Origin: an uncultured bacterium
Lineage (GTDB): Bacteria; Bacillota_I; Bacilli_A; RF39; UBA660
Assembly: GCA_947646655.1 (NCBI GenBank)
Contig: CANSHI010000002.1
Coordinates: forward strand, 147,123 to 211,122
Length of the DNA: 64,000 nt
Reading direction: 5' to 3'
Position numbers and translations under genes: made by a program. Positions within the stretch are counted from its first letter, which is position 1. The number at the start of each line of letters is the position of its first letter. The notes below the pieces were generated by a model. That model had not been told where the DNA came from. It searched no databases and was given only the letters and a program-made list of their open reading frames with translations. Shown here one piece after another: positions 19,194 to 30,453 of this stretch.

Positions 19194-20582
19194 ATGCGTA
19201 AAACTATATTATTACTTATAAATGGATTTGGCATTGAAAGAAAGGATTCTACAGAAGTTTATTCTTCTAAATTGATGCCAAATTTTGACGCGATGATGAA
19301 AAACTATCTTTTTACTAATTTAGCTTCGACTGCTGGAGATTATAACAATGCCTACAGAATGTTTAGTATACCTGAGGTTTCAAAGGGTAGTGAGGATGAA
19401 ATCGATAATTTGATCTTTGATAAAAAATTAGGCGAAAACCCAAATCTACAAGCAGTAAGGGATAATATTGGAACAGAAAACAAATTGCACATTTTTTATA
19501 TTATTGAAAATGCTAATAAACTTCATCATTTTAAGGAATTCGTAAGTGTCATTAATCCTAATAAAGATAAAAAAGTTTTTGTTCATTTAATTTTGACAGC
19601 TACTTCGACTGCAAGTTACGATGCGATTATAAAAGTTATAAGTAAAATCTCTTTTGAACTAAGTGATTATTGTAAAATTGGAATGGTTGTTGGACGAAAT
19701 AGAATTAATGACGATGATGTTAGAAGAGCTTTTTATAGAGAACAAGGTGAGCATTGGAATGAATCTACTAAAAAGTTTGAAATATTAAAAAAAGAAATTG
19801 TTAACCCTGAAGATGCAGGTGTATTTATTATAACAGGGGGATTTGCACTTAAAGAAAATGATTCAGTGCTCTTTATGAATTATGACGAAGTTCAAATGGA
19901 CGTTTTTTATAACGATTTTACTAAAATGCCATTAAAATTATATAGTATCTATCCTTTTAAAGATAATATGCCTTATAGTTTTAAAAAAAATAAAGATGTA
20001 GGCAATTCATTTGCCAGTACAGTGGAAAACTATGGTATTAAAATATTACATATGACAACACCTGAAAGAATAAATGATGTAAACTATTATTTAAATGGAA
20101 TGGAGAAAAAGAAAAGTCCTAATATTACTTTTGCGGTTAATGACAAATCATTATTTTCATCAAAAGAAAGTATAATAAAATTAATAGATGGCAATAATTT
20201 TGATGGATTCATACTCGACTTTTATATCGGTGGCATGAATAGAATGGAAAACATTAAAAAAGAATTGACAGATATAGATAATATAATTAAAAATATAAGT
20301 GAAACAGCAAAAGAAAAAGATTATACTTTTATAGTTAGCAGTTTATATGGAATACATTTGCCTGTAACAGAAGGTGTCATTCAAAAAGTCATAAATTTTT
20401 CAGGAAAGGTGCCTTGCATATTTCAAAGTAATCTCTTTAATAAACAAGAGTATTCATTGAACTCTGCTAATACATATGCTTTAGAACAGACGTTTTTAAC
20501 TAATATTAACGACGAGGTGAAAGCTAATAAGCTTGTACACAAATTGACTTCTTTAGAAAAAATGTTAAATAAAGGAAAATAA
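19194..20582 (+). CDS. Cofactor-independent phosphoglycerate mutase (iPGM)-like protein, probably non-catalytic
   Basis: The N-terminus ILLLINGFGIERKD...KLMPNFDAMMKNY..TNLAS aligns with iPGM ILDGFG...KPNFDRYWNEY..TTLKA, but Asp-to-Asn at the metal site and no GNSEVGH Ser motif; the track start is GTG and ATG 19194 follows AAAGGG. Confidence 0.5.
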   Translation: MRKTILLLINGFGIERKDSTEVYSSKLMPNFDAMMKNYLFTNLASTAGDYNNAYRMFSIPEVSKGSEDEIDNLIFDKKLGENPNLQAVRDNIGTENKLHIFYIIENANKLHHFKEFVSVINPNKDKKVFVHLILTATSTASYDAIIKVISKISFELSDYCKIGMVVGRNRINDDDVRRAFYREQGEHWNESTKKFEILKKEIVNPEDAGVFIITGGFALKENDSVLFMNYDEVQMDVFYNDFTKMPLKLYSIYPFKDNMPYSFKKNKDVGNSFASTVENYGIKILHMTTPERINDVNYYLNGMEKKKSPNITFAVNDKSLFSSKESIIKLIDGNNFDGFILDFYIGGMNRMENIKKELTDIDNIIKNISETAKEKDYTFIVSSLYGIHLPVTEGVIQKVINFSGKVPCIFQSNLFNKQEYSLNSANTYALEQTFLTNINDEVKANKLVHKLTSLEKMLNKGK

Positions 20583-20705
20583 GTTCTTGAAGGAGGACTT
20601 TTTTGTTTGGTTGATTTTTGGAAAAGTAAAAATTTTATAAAAATAGTCTTTACAAAGTTGGTGGTTTTTGTTATCATGTTATCAGAATAAAAAGGTGTGA
20701 GAAAA

Positions 20706-22181
20706 ATGAAACAATTAGATTTTGAAACAAGCAGTTATAAGTTTAAAGAGGAAGTTAAAACATATGTAAATGGTTTTAATGATCTTACTGAGAAGTATTT
20801 GAAGTCTTTTGAGAACAGTGATGCGGATCTTAAAAAAGTTACTGGAAATATAGAGAAAAAAAATTCTGCGATTCAAAAATTAGAAACTTCTTTATTAGAT
20901 TTTAATAATCGTACAGATGAATTAAAAGCCTTAAAGGAGTTATCAAATGCTGATATAAAATCTTTAGAAGCTAAAAAAGCTGAAATTTCTTATACTGATA
21001 GTGAAGTTCAAAAGATGGAAATCGATGATATCAATTCACAAATTTCATCTAAAAAAGGTAAAATTTCTAAGATCGATGCTAAATTAGAATCTACTAAAGC
21101 AAAGATTAAAACTAGTAATGAAGAGAAGAAAACGCAAGAGAAACAGTTAAAAGATTTAGAGAAACAAAGACGTAACGAAGAAGAAGCATTATTCAAAACA
21201 GATGCAATTTTAAATCTTATAAAAGATACAAAAGAAACACTTAATAGTAAAATTTTAGAGATAATAAATGCTACTTATAAGCCTAGTGTAAATGAGATCG
21301 AAGTAGTAAACGATACTGAGAAAAATGCAAAATCTCATAAAGAAAGCAAGGAAAGAAAGAAAACTCAGGTAGAAGAGAAAAATATAGAGTTCAAAAACAA
21401 TGAAGGAAATGCTTTTGGAATTACGGAAGAAGATTTGTCTATTTTGGATTTTGTCGATGAAACTCCTGATTTGGATGCGAAGATATTCTTCCCTACTTTG
21501 GATACTGAATCTAGTAAACAAAAATCTGATAACATTTTTAGTAAGCGTGACGATAAGAAAAAAGAAGTGTCTCCATTAGAAAAAGCTTTGAAGAAAGAAT
21601 CTTTGGATTTGAACAGTTTTAGCAAAAAAGCAAAAGAGAAAATGTTAGAAAATTCTGAAACAGTTTTAGCGAATTTAGAAATTTTGAAAAAACATAATGT
21701 TCCTCTTGAATATACTGTTGAACAAAGTGAGATATTTTATGATATAACTAGTCAAGATTTGGATGATCTATTAAGCATTATTACAACTGATAGTGAAGGT
21801 AATGGAATGGGCTTCAGTATAGATTTTGTATATAATATATTAGGTGAACTTTCTAAAATAAATGTCGATAAATTGATCGATGTATATAATGAAGAATTTA
21901 TGAATATTAATTCAAAAAGTGGTATTATTCATTTATTGAAATTAACTAATCCAAGTTTAACTAGTTTTCCGAAAAATAGAGAAGCTAATATTGAAACTTT
22001 AAAATCTATCGGTACTGCTACAGTGGATAGTATTGTAAAAAAATATCCAGAATTTATAGATATGGATTCTCCTCTATTCTTACAAGTATTGAATGTCTTC
22101 GATAGAAGTGATCTAGTAGATAAGTTGAATTCAGATGTAGAAGTAATTCCTAAAATTATGGATTATTGGAAAAATAACTAA
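20706..22181 (+). CDS. Hypothetical protein with a long N-terminal coiled-coil
   Basis: The first roughly 200 aa are K/E-rich heptad-like, followed by a globular C-terminal region; the track start is GTG and ATG 20706 follows AAAGGTG. Confidence 0.5.
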   Translation: MKQLDFETSSYKFKEEVKTYVNGFNDLTEKYLKSFENSDADLKKVTGNIEKKNSAIQKLETSLLDFNNRTDELKALKELSNADIKSLEAKKAEISYTDSEVQKMEIDDINSQISSKKGKISKIDAKLESTKAKIKTSNEEKKTQEKQLKDLEKQRRNEEEALFKTDAILNLIKDTKETLNSKILEIINATYKPSVNEIEVVNDTEKNAKSHKESKERKKTQVEEKNIEFKNNEGNAFGITEEDLSILDFVDETPDLDAKIFFPTLDTESSKQKSDNIFSKRDDKKKEVSPLEKALKKESLDLNSFSKKAKEKMLENSETVLANLEILKKHNVPLEYTVEQSEIFYDITSQDLDDLLSIITTDSEGNGMGFSIDFVYNILGELSKINVDKLIDVYNEEFMNINSKSGIIHLLKLTNPSLTSFPKNREANIETLKSIGTATVDSIVKKYPEFIDMDSPLFLQVLNVFDRSDLVDKLNSDVEVIPKIMDYWKNN

Positions 22182-22341
22182 GAATTTATGAAGAATAGAT
22201 TCTTTTTTAATGCAATAATCAAAAAGTTGGTGATAAATATTTGAAGAAACACTATTGCAACTATCCAAAATCCCAAAAAGTAATACTTGACATAACCAGG
22301 TGAGGTGATATAATACTTGCCGTATTTGAGGTGTAGAGAAA

Positions 22342-22992
22342 ATGGAAAAATTAAAAAATGAATATAGTTTTGCTCTAAAAAGAGAAAGTAAAAATGGTCG
22401 TTTGTCAAAACCCATAATATTTAATGGTATTAAAAAATTTGTAGCAGGTGTAATGATTGCAGTGACAGCATTATTGCCTCTATCAGCGTGTGAGAATAAG
22501 GAAGAAATAACTAGCGCAGTTGATGAGAGCGGTGTAAATTATGACCTAATAAATGGTTTACAAGATCTTATGGATAGAATAGAAAATGATGATCATTTTG
22601 CTAGTTCTGAAATTCTAATTGTAAGTGTGCGAGATTTAGTGGTCGATGAAAAATATCTAGTAGATGCTTTAACAGATGATTTTATTATGTTAATAAAACT
22701 CAAAACAGAAAGATACAGCGAGGCGGGATTTGATGAATATATAAATCTGTTATCTACAGCACGGGCACTTGTCAGTGATAAATTATTCTTGTATGAGGAT
22801 AAAAATGCATTTTTATCAGCAGAAATGATTTTTAATCGTGATAACATTTATTCTCTTGATGTATTTTTAAAATCATATTGTAGAGAAGACTTAGTGAAAG
22901 AAGATGGCTATACTCGTTCAGATTTGGTTAAAATTATTCAGCAAATTAATGGAATAGAAGTAGAAGAATCTAAAACAATGGCACTTAAATAG
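22342..22992 (+). CDS. Hypothetical lipoprotein
   Basis: TM/signal segment ending in lipobox LPLSAC; RBS GAGGTG. Confidence 0.5.
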   Translation: MEKLKNEYSFALKRESKNGRLSKPIIFNGIKKFVAGVMIAVTALLPLSACENKEEITSAVDESGVNYDLINGLQDLMDRIENDDHFASSEILIVSVRDLVVDEKYLVDALTDDFIMLIKLKTERYSEAGFDEYINLLSTARALVSDKLFLYEDKNAFLSAEMIFNRDNIYSLDVFLKSYCREDLVKEDGYTRSDLVKIIQQINGIEVEESKTMALK

Positions 22993-23063
22993 AAAATGTA
23001 AGCGGGCTTGCATTTTTTCTTTTTGTATTTTATAATTATAACAGTTAAAAGGACGTGAATTAT

Positions 23064-24542
23064 ATGGAAAAAGTTTTATCAGAACAAGAAATAGTTCGAC
23101 GTGGAAAGTTGGAAGAAATTGCAAAAGTTTGCAACCCTTATCCAGAAAAATTTGAAAGAACTCATGAATTAAAAGACGTTAAGTTTTTAGAAGATGGTTT
23201 TACGAATGTCAAAGTTGCTGGACGTATTGTCTTTATGCGCAAAATGGGAAAACTTAGTTTTGTTAGAATACGTGATATCGAAGGAGACTGCCAGTTAGAG
23301 TTAAAGATCGATTTATTGGGCGAGGAAAAATATGGATTTTTTAAGAGCTTAGTTGATGTTGGAGACTTCATTGGAGCAGAGGGGGAAATTTTTACTACTC
23401 AAACGGGTGAAAAAACTATAAGGGTTTCTTCTTTTGAATTTTTAGGTAAAGCTTTGAAGCCGCTTCCTGAGAAATTTCATGGACTTACAGATATTGAGAC
23501 AATTTATAGAAATAGATACCTAGACTTGATTATGAATCAAGAAAGCAGGGAAAGATTTTTATTCAGAAGTCGTTTAATTCGTGAAATAAGAAATTTCATG
23601 GATGATCAAGGATATATTGAAATAGAAACACCTGTACTCAGTTCGAAAGCGAGTGGCGCTCTTGCTAAACCATTCATAACTCATCATAATGCACTCGATA
23701 TCGATGTATATTTAAGAATTGCACCTGAGACATACTTGAAACGTGCTGTTATTGGAGGTTTTACTCGTGTTTATGAAATTGCTAGAAATTTCCGTAATGA
23801 AGGAATGGATGCGAGTCATCTTCAAGATTTTACAGCAATTGAAGGATACGGGGCTTATTTAAATTATGAAGATAACATAAAGCTTATGGAAAACATGATT
23901 AAATCTATCGTTATGAAGTTATTTGGTAAGTTGGAAATAACAGTTGAAGGTGAAATAGTCGATATAAGTGGCGAATGGGAAACAGTATCTATGAGAGATT
24001 TAATATTAAAGCATTCTTCTATAGATATTAAAGAATATAATACTAAAGAGAAACTTTTAAACAAAATAAAAGAAGAAAAATTAGAAATAGATAGCGAAAC
24101 ACCTTTAGAAAATTTAGGCTATGGTAATTTAGTCGATCAGCTTTATAAAAAAGTAGCTCGCAGTAAAGTAGTTAAACCTATTTTCTTAACAGAACATCCA
24201 ATAAGTTTATCTCCACTTGCGCGTGCTAATGATGAGGATAAGAGTCTTACGGATAGATTCCAGCTTGTCATCAATGGGGCTGAAATTATAAATGGATACT
24301 CCGAATTAGTTGATCCAATCGAACAAGAAAGAAGACTAATCGAACAGGCAAGCCTTAAAGATTCTGGCGATGAAGAAGCGATGATGATGGATCAAGATTA
24401 TATAAGTGCCATGGAATATGGAATGCCACCAATTTCAGGTTGGGGGATGGGAATAGATAGATTAGTACAAATATTGACGAGTGCTGAGAATATTCGTGAT
24501 TGTGTAATGTTCCCAATTATGAAACCAGAAGATAAAAGATAA
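23064..24542 (+). CDS. lysS: Lysine--tRNA ligase, class II
   Basis: OB anticodon-binding N-terminus and class II motifs (FRNEG, GMGIDRL); the track start is GTG and ATG 23064 follows AAAGGA. Confidence 0.9.
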   Translation: MEKVLSEQEIVRRGKLEEIAKVCNPYPEKFERTHELKDVKFLEDGFTNVKVAGRIVFMRKMGKLSFVRIRDIEGDCQLELKIDLLGEEKYGFFKSLVDVGDFIGAEGEIFTTQTGEKTIRVSSFEFLGKALKPLPEKFHGLTDIETIYRNRYLDLIMNQESRERFLFRSRLIREIRNFMDDQGYIEIETPVLSSKASGALAKPFITHHNALDIDVYLRIAPETYLKRAVIGGFTRVYEIARNFRNEGMDASHLQDFTAIEGYGAYLNYEDNIKLMENMIKSIVMKLFGKLEITVEGEIVDISGEWETVSMRDLILKHSSIDIKEYNTKEKLLNKIKEEKLEIDSETPLENLGYGNLVDQLYKKVARSKVVKPIFLTEHPISLSPLARANDEDKSLTDRFQLVINGAEIINGYSELVDPIEQERRLIEQASLKDSGDEEAMMMDQDYISAMEYGMPPISGWGMGIDRLVQILTSAENIRDCVMFPIMKPEDKR

Positions 24543-24556
24543 AAAGAGGTAAATTA

Positions 24557-24898
24557 ATGAAAAAAATAACTATAATTTGGACGATTACTTTGGTTATGAT
24601 CGTATCAGGTTTGACTTTTATAGGCTTTCAAATTAAAAAACAAAATATTAATAACTTTATGGAAGAAGCTTTAGTTGAACAAGCTAAAAAATATTTAGGA
24701 ATGTATCCTGGTTTTTATCCGACTCTCGGAAATAGTAAGAAATTTACTAGTGCAGAATTAAAAGATCATGATTATGATCCTAAATTAGAAGAAAATTGTC
24801 GAGGATATGTTGTTGTAGAAAATAAAAACAGTGGGTTTGATTACAAAGCGTATGTATCTTGTCCCAATTATAAGACAGAAGGTTATTCAGAGGAATAG
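24557..24898 (+). CDS. Hypothetical membrane-anchored small protein
   Basis: 113 aa, N-terminal TM, two Cys in the C-terminal half; RBS AAGAGG. Confidence 0.45.
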   Translation: MKKITIIWTITLVMIVSGLTFIGFQIKKQNINNFMEEALVEQAKKYLGMYPGFYPTLGNSKKFTSAELKDHDYDPKLEENCRGYVVVENKNSGFDYKAYVSCPNYKTEGYSEE

Positions 24899-24987
24899 TC
24901 TTTTTTCTTTACGCTTTATGTAAATACTTTTTAATTTCTTAAATTATTTGTCCAACAAAGTGATATACTTAGTTAGAGGTAATTTAT

Positions 24988-25593
24988 ATGAACAAAGATA
25001 CATACAAGATGTTATTAAAAATTATCGGATGTCTGTTGTTGTTATTAGTTTTTTTTACGGTTATTTATTCATGTAATCATTTTAAAAAAGAAGTGTTGGA
25101 TGATGGTATGATAAAAGATCAAGAGGAAATTCAGAATAAAACAGAATATATTAAAGTCAGTGAACTTTGTGCGAACTCAAGTTGTGAAAAAGAATGGAAA
25201 GTAGATTTTTCCAGTGATAAGTTATCGACGTTTTTAGTTAAGCGTTCAAGTTTTGAGGATAATGTGATAGATGTACTTCAAATAGACGGGACAAATATAA
25301 ATATTCCTGAAGGGGCTAGATTGGACGAAATAGGAATATTGCAAAGCAAATACTATGTCATATCCTATGTATTAAATTTTAAGAAAGTTTTTTACTATAT
25401 GGATGTCGAATTTAGAGAAGCTAAGACGGTTAGTGGTATTTTAGGTGAAGTTCATATCGATGATGTTGAATATGAGTATCAAGGATGTTCTACAGTAGAT
25501 GGTGAGATGAAACATACTTATAAAATGAGCATTTTAAGTAATGGAACTTTTTTAAGTAAGATTATAAATTCTGAGCAAGGTACTTGTGAATAA
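24988..25593 (+). CDS. Hypothetical membrane-anchored Cys-containing protein
   Basis: 201 aa, N-terminal TM, several paired Cys; RBS GAGGTAA. Confidence 0.45.
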   Translation: MNKDTYKMLLKIIGCLLLLLVFFTVIYSCNHFKKEVLDDGMIKDQEEIQNKTEYIKVSELCANSSCEKEWKVDFSSDKLSTFLVKRSSFEDNVIDVLQIDGTNINIPEGARLDEIGILQSKYYVISYVLNFKKVFYYMDVEFREAKTVSGILGEVHIDDVEYEYQGCSTVDGEMKHTYKMSILSNGTFLSKIINSEQGTCE

Positions 25594-25609
25594 AAAGTTT
25601 ATTTTTTTC

Positions 25610-25638
25610 TTGACGTGAAGAATAGGATATGCTATATT
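25610..25638 (+). promoter_or_regulatory. SigA promoter of the str operon (-35 TTGACG, 17 nt, -10 TATATT)
   Basis: TTGACG at 25610-25615 and TATATT at 25633-25638, about 95 nt upstream of rpsL. Confidence 0.6.
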
Positions 25639-25732
25639 AGTGTTGCATTTAAATTGTGGTTCTACTTCGGTAGGACCGTGATTTAGGGGAATTTTGATAC
25701 ACCAGGAAGTGTGTACGTAGAAAGGAAATTAT

Positions 25733-26146
25733 ATGGCGACAATTAATCAGCTCGTTAGAAACAAGAGAGGAAAAAAAGTAAGAAAAGGTAAAAGTCCAGC
25801 TTTAAATGTTGGATTAAACAGCTTACGAAGAAAACCTACTGATACAGATCATCCTCAAATGAGAGGAGTTTGTACTCGTGTAGGAACAAAAACACCAAAG
25901 AAACCAAACTCAGCTTTAAGAAAATATGCTCGTGTAAGACTTTCAAATGGACGTGAAGTGGATACTTATATTCCAGGAGAAGGACACAACTTACAAGAAC
26001 ATAGTGTTGTTTTAGTACGTGGTGGACGTGTTAAAGATTTAATCGGTGTACGTTATCATATCGTACGTGGTGCCTTAGATACTCAAGGAGTTAACGAACG
26101 TAAACAAGGACGTAGTAAATATGGTACTAAAAAACCTAAGAAGTAA
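25733..26146 (+). CDS. rpsL: 30S ribosomal protein S12
   Basis: Highly conserved S12 sequence ([23 protein letters not shown]). Confidence 0.95.
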   Translation: MATINQLVRNKRGKKVRKGKSPALNVGLNSLRRKPTDTDHPQMRGVCTRVGTKTPKKPNSALRKYARVRLSNGREVDTYIPGEGHNLQEHSVVLVRGGRVKDLIGVRYHIVRGALDTQGVNERKQGRSKYGTKKPKK

Positions 26147-26171
26147 AATACAATTATAAAGGAGGAAAATT

Positions 26172-26639
26172 ATGCGTAAGGGACGCGCGGTTAAACGCGA
26201 TGTGTTACCAGATCCTATATATAATTCAAAAGTTGTTACTAAGTTAATCAATCAAATTATGAATGATGGAAAACGTGGTACAGCTGAGAAAATTTTATAT
26301 CAGGCATTTGAAACAATAAAAGAAAAAACTAAACAAGACCCAATGGAAGTTTTTAATAAAGCGATTGAAAATATTACACCTGCTTTAGAAGTTAAAGCTA
26401 GACGTGTAGGTGGTTCAAATGTTCAAGTTCCACTTGAAGTAAGTACTACTCGTGGACAAGCTTTAGCACTTCGTTGGCTTGTAAATTATGCTAGACTTCG
26501 CCCTGGAAAAGGTATGGCAGATAGACTAGCTAGTGAAATTATGGATGCTGCAAATGGTATCGGTGGAGCTGTTAAGAAACGTGAGGATACTCACAAGATG
26601 GCAGAAGCTAATAAGGCGTTTGCACACTATAGATGGTAG
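26172..26639 (+). CDS. rpsG: 30S ribosomal protein S7
   Basis: Conserved S7 sequence; RBS AAGGAGG. Confidence 0.95.
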   Translation: MRKGRAVKRDVLPDPIYNSKVVTKLINQIMNDGKRGTAEKILYQAFETIKEKTKQDPMEVFNKAIENITPALEVKARRVGGSNVQVPLEVSTTRGQALALRWLVNYARLRPGKGMADRLASEIMDAANGIGGAVKKREDTHKMAEANKAFAHYRW

Positions 26640-26651
26640 GAGGAAAATCAT

Positions 26652-28727
26652 ATGGGAAAAAGAGATGTACCTATTGAGCAATTAAGAAATTTTGGTATCA
26701 TGGCTCATATCGATGCCGGAAAAACTACTACAACTGAGAGAATTTTATTCCATACTGGAATAACTCATAAAATTGGTGAGACTCACGATGGTGAATCTCA
26801 AATGGACTGGATGGAACAAGAGAAGGAACGTGGAATAACTATTACTAGTGCTGCAACTACTGCTCACTGGAAAGGGTATCGACTAAACATTATCGATACT
26901 CCAGGACACGTAGACTTTACTATCGAAGTTCAAAGAAGTTTGAGAGTATTAGATGGTGCTGTTGCATTAATCGATGCACAAGCAGGTGTTGAACCTCAAA
27001 CTGAGACTGTTTGGAGACAAGCAAATGAATATAAAGTACCTAGAATGATTTGTGCTAACAAAATGGGTAAAATTGGAGCAGACTTCTATTACAGTTTGAC
27101 TACAATTAAAGATAGATTGGGAGCTAAAGCTGCACCTATCGAATTACCTATCGGAGCAGAAAATGAGTTCTGTGGTGTTGTTAACTTAGTTACTATGAAA
27201 GCTTATAAGTTCGATGGAACTGAGCAAGAAAATGCTCAAGAAATCGAAATACCAGCAGACATGGTAGAAAAAGCAAAAGAGTATAGAAGTAAACTAATCG
27301 AAGCAGTTGCTGATTATGATGAAGAATTGATGATGAACTACTTAGATGGAAAAGAAATCGAAGAAGCTCAGTTAAAAGCTGCTATTCGTAAGGCAACATT
27401 GAGTGCTGAATTCCATCCAGTATTATGTGCTGATGCACTATCTAACCAAGGTGTAAAACCATTACTTGATGCAGTAGTAGATTATTTGCCTGCACCAACT
27501 GATATCGAGGCTATCGAATGTACAGATAAAAACGGTAATGATGTTAAACGTCATCCTAGCGATTCTGAACCATTTACTGCACTTGCATTTAAGATTATGG
27601 CTGACCCTTTTGTTGGAAGATTATCTTTCTTCCGTGTTTACTCAGGTGTATTACAAAGTGGTTCTTATGTTTTGAACTCTACTAAGGGTGAGAAAGAGAG
27701 AATTGGACGTGTATTACAAATGCATGCTAACCAAAGAAAAGAGATTACTGAAGTATTTGCAGGAGAGATTGCTGCGGCAGTAGGACTTAAATACACTACT
27801 ACAGCAGATACACTTTGTGATGAGAAAAACTTCTGTATCATGAAGGGTATGGAATTCCCTGAACCAGTTATCGATATAGCAATCGAACCTAAGAGTAAAA
27901 ACGACCAAGATAAGATGGCACTTGCTATTCAAAAACTTGTAGAAGAAGACCCTACTTTAAGAGTTAAAACAGATGCTGAAACTGGTCAAACAGTATTATC
28001 AGGTATGGGTGAATTACACTTAGATGTAATCGTCGACAGAATGAAACGTGAGTTTAACGTTGAATGTAATAAAGGTCGTCCTCAAGTTGCTTATCGTGAA
28101 ACTATTACTCAAACTGCCGATTGTGAAGGTAAATATATTAAACAATCTGGTGGTCGTGGACAATATGGTCACGTTTGGATTAAGTTTGAACCAAATCCTG
28201 GTAAAGGTTATGAGTTCGTAGATGCAGTTGTAGGTGGTGTCGTTCCTCGTGAATATATACCTGTAACTGATAAAGGATTACAAGAAGCTATGGCTGGCGG
28301 AGTACTTGCGGGATATCCTCTAGTAGATGTTAAAGCAACTCTATTCGATGGATCTTATCACGATGTAGACTCAAGCGAAATGGCATTTAAAGTTGCTGCA
28401 AGTTTGGCTTTAAAAGAAGCTAAGACTAAGTGTAATGTCGTTCTATTAGAACCAATAATGAAGGTTGTAGTAGATGTACCTGAAGAATATTTAGGTAACG
28501 TTATGGGTGACTTAACTAGTCGTCGTGGACGTCCTCTAGGACAAGAGTCTATCGGTAATTCTCTACGTATTTCTGCAATGGTTCCATTGTCTGAGATGTT
28601 TGGATATGCTACAGACTTGCGTAGTAATACTCAAGGACGTGGAAACTTCCAAATGGAAAAAGACCATTATGAAGAAGTTCCAAAATCTATCGCTGAAGAA
28701 ATTATAAAGAAAAACGGCGGTAATTAG
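26652..28727 (+). CDS. fusA: Elongation factor G
   Basis: GTPase G1-G4 motifs ([21 protein letters not shown]) and EF-G domain order. Confidence 0.95.
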   Translation: MGKRDVPIEQLRNFGIMAHIDAGKTTTTERILFHTGITHKIGETHDGESQMDWMEQEKERGITITSAATTAHWKGYRLNIIDTPGHVDFTIEVQRSLRVLDGAVALIDAQAGVEPQTETVWRQANEYKVPRMICANKMGKIGADFYYSLTTIKDRLGAKAAPIELPIGAENEFCGVVNLVTMKAYKFDGTEQENAQEIEIPADMVEKAKEYRSKLIEAVADYDEELMMNYLDGKEIEEAQLKAAIRKATLSAEFHPVLCADALSNQGVKPLLDAVVDYLPAPTDIEAIECTDKNGNDVKRHPSDSEPFTALAFKIMADPFVGRLSFFRVYSGVLQSGSYVLNSTKGEKERIGRVLQMHANQRKEITEVFAGEIAAAVGLKYTTTADTLCDEKNFCIMKGMEFPEPVIDIAIEPKSKNDQDKMALAIQKLVEEDPTLRVKTDAETGQTVLSGMGELHLDVIVDRMKREFNVECNKGRPQVAYRETITQTADCEGKYIKQSGGRGQYGHVWIKFEPNPGKGYEFVDAVVGGVVPREYIPVTDKGLQEAMAGGVLAGYPLVDVKATLFDGSYHDVDSSEMAFKVAASLALKEAKTKCNVVLLEPIMKVVVDVPEEYLGNVMGDLTSRRGRPLGQESIGNSLRISAMVPLSEMFGYATDLRSNTQGRGNFQMEKDHYEEVPKSIAEEIIKKNGGN

Positions 28728-28774
28728 TAGAAGTTAAAAATTCGTCAAAAATTGGCGCTTAAAGTAAATAGTAC

Positions 28775-28805
28775 TTGATATTTTGTCGAGTATTAGATAA
28801 AATAA
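28775..28805 (+). promoter_or_regulatory. Possible internal promoter for tuf (-35 TTGATA, -10 TAAAAT)
   Basis: TTGATA-N17-TAAAAT in the fusA-tuf spacer; weak. Confidence 0.3.
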
Positions 28806-28837
28806 TATTATATTTAAGAAAGGAAAGGAAAAATATT

Positions 28838-30007
28838 ATGGCAAGAGAAAAATATGATCGTAGTAAGCCTCACGTTAATATTGGTACAATTGGTCACGTT
28901 GACCACGGTAAAACAACATTAACTGCTGCTATTACAAAATATTTTAGTAAAACTTTCATGGACTATGCCGAAATCGACAAAGCTCCTGAAGAAAGAGAAC
29001 GTGGTATTACTATTAATACTGCACACGTTGAGTATGAAACTGACAAACGTCACTATGCTCACGTAGACTGTCCAGGACATGCTGACTATGTTAAAAACAT
29101 GATCACAGGTGCTGCACAAATGGATGGAGCAATCTTAGTTATTGCTGCAACTGATGGACCTATGGCCCAAACTAGAGAACACATTCTACTTGCAAGACAA
29201 GTTGGTGTACCTAAAATTGTTGTATTCTTAAATAAATGCGACATGGTTGACGATCCTGAACTAGTTGATCTAGTTGAAATGGAAACTCGTGAACTATTAG
29301 GAGAATATGGATTCGATACTGAATGTCCAATCATTAGAGGTTCTGCTCTTAAAGCTCTTGAAGGTGACGAAGGTTACGCTGAAAAGATTAAAGAACTTAT
29401 GGCTAAGGTTGACGAATATATCGATGACCCAGTTCGTGACGTTGATAAACCATTCTTAATGAGTGTTGAAGACGTATTCACAATTTCTGGACGTGGTACT
29501 GTTGTTACTGGTCGTGTTGAAAGAGGACAATTAAAACTTAACGATGAAGTTGAAATCGTTGGTCTTAAAGATACTCAAAAGACTGTTGCTACTGGTATCG
29601 AGATGTTTAGAAAATCATTAGACTATGCTGAAGCAGGAGATAATGCTGGTGTACTATTACGTGGTATTTCTCGTGATGATGTTGAAAGAGGACAAGTATT
29701 GGCTAAACCAGGAAGTGTTACTCCACATCATAAATTCAAAGCTTCTGTTTACGTTCTATCTAAAGAAGAAGGTGGACGTCATACTCCATTCTTCAGTAAA
29801 TACAGACCTCAGTTCTATTTCAGAACTACAGACGTTACAGGTGTAATTGAACTACCTGCAGGTGTTGAAATGGTTATGCCAGGTGATAACATCGAAATGG
29901 AAGTTGAACTTATCAGCCCAGTAGCTCTTGAAAAAGGTACTAAATTCTCTATCCGTGAGGGTGGTAGAACAGTTGGTGCTGGTTCTGTATCAGAAATTAT
30001 TGAATAA
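28838..30007 (+). CDS. tuf: Elongation factor Tu
   Basis: [28 protein letters not shown]...; ATG 28838 follows AGGAAAGGAA; the track start at 28775 is an upstream extension. Confidence 0.95.
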   Translation: MAREKYDRSKPHVNIGTIGHVDHGKTTLTAAITKYFSKTFMDYAEIDKAPEERERGITINTAHVEYETDKRHYAHVDCPGHADYVKNMITGAAQMDGAILVIAATDGPMAQTREHILLARQVGVPKIVVFLNKCDMVDDPELVDLVEMETRELLGEYGFDTECPIIRGSALKALEGDEGYAEKIKELMAKVDEYIDDPVRDVDKPFLMSVEDVFTISGRGTVVTGRVERGQLKLNDEVEIVGLKDTQKTVATGIEMFRKSLDYAEAGDNAGVLLRGISRDDVERGQVLAKPGSVTPHHKFKASVYVLSKEEGGRHTPFFSKYRPQFYFRTTDVTGVIELPAGVEMVMPGDNIEMEVELISPVALEKGTKFSIREGGRTVGAGSVSEIIE

Positions 30008-30016
30008 TTAAAATAA

Positions 30017-30041
30017 AGTCTCACTTTGGTGAGATTTTTTA
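30017..30041 (+). terminator. Rho-independent terminator of the str operon
   Basis: TCTCAC-tttg-GTGAGA hairpin followed by TTTTTT. Confidence 0.7.
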
Positions 30042-30112
30042 TGTTTAAGAAAAATTACGTCTTGTCGTAAAAACTGCTTGTTTTAATGTTTTTTTACGGT
30101 ATGGCGTAAATT

Positions 30113-30141
30113 TTGACTTTTGATAAACCATAGTGTATAAT
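30113..30141 (+). promoter_or_regulatory. Near-consensus SigA promoter (-35 TTGACT, 17 nt, extended -10 TGTATAAT)
   Basis: TTGACT at 30113-30118, TG at 30134-30135, TATAAT at 30136-30141. Confidence 0.55.
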
Positions 30142-30255
30142 GTTTGCAGAGATTTAACATTAAAGATGTTGATTTACTAAATAGGGTAGTTACCTATATA
30201 TTGACTAATCCTGCCAAGCTTTTTCTGCGGAAAGTTTAGTTAAGTATTTTAAAGC

Positions 30256-30390
30256 ATGTCTAAAGCTGTTTCATTAGAAACAATTTATAAATATTTAGAC
30301 TATATTACTCGAGCTTACTTGGTTAGTAAAGCAGAGAGATATGATGTTCGAGGAAAGAGAACAAATAGGAGCCTATTTAAAAAATATTGA
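30256..30390 (+). pseudogene. 44-aa remnant resembling the C-terminus of a DUF4143-type AAA ATPase
   Basis: MSKAVSLETIYKYLDYITRAYLVSKAERYDVRGKRTNRSLFKKY* matches the ..L..AYL......YD..GK......KKYY pattern of DUF4143 C-termini and is truncated just before the expected KYY..D.G motif. Confidence 0.3.
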
Positions 30391-30453
30391 ATATAATGAA
30401 CTTATTTCAAGAGCTTATAATGTTTATATAGGTAATGTAGAAAGTGAGAAGTT

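Noticed and set aside
27714-30024. ORFs 27714..27932(-), 28919..29119(-), 29086..29334(-), 29625..29846(+) and 29815..30024(-) inside fusA/tuf
   Set aside because: They overlap highly conserved EF-G and EF-Tu coding sequence, and none has an RBS or motifs.
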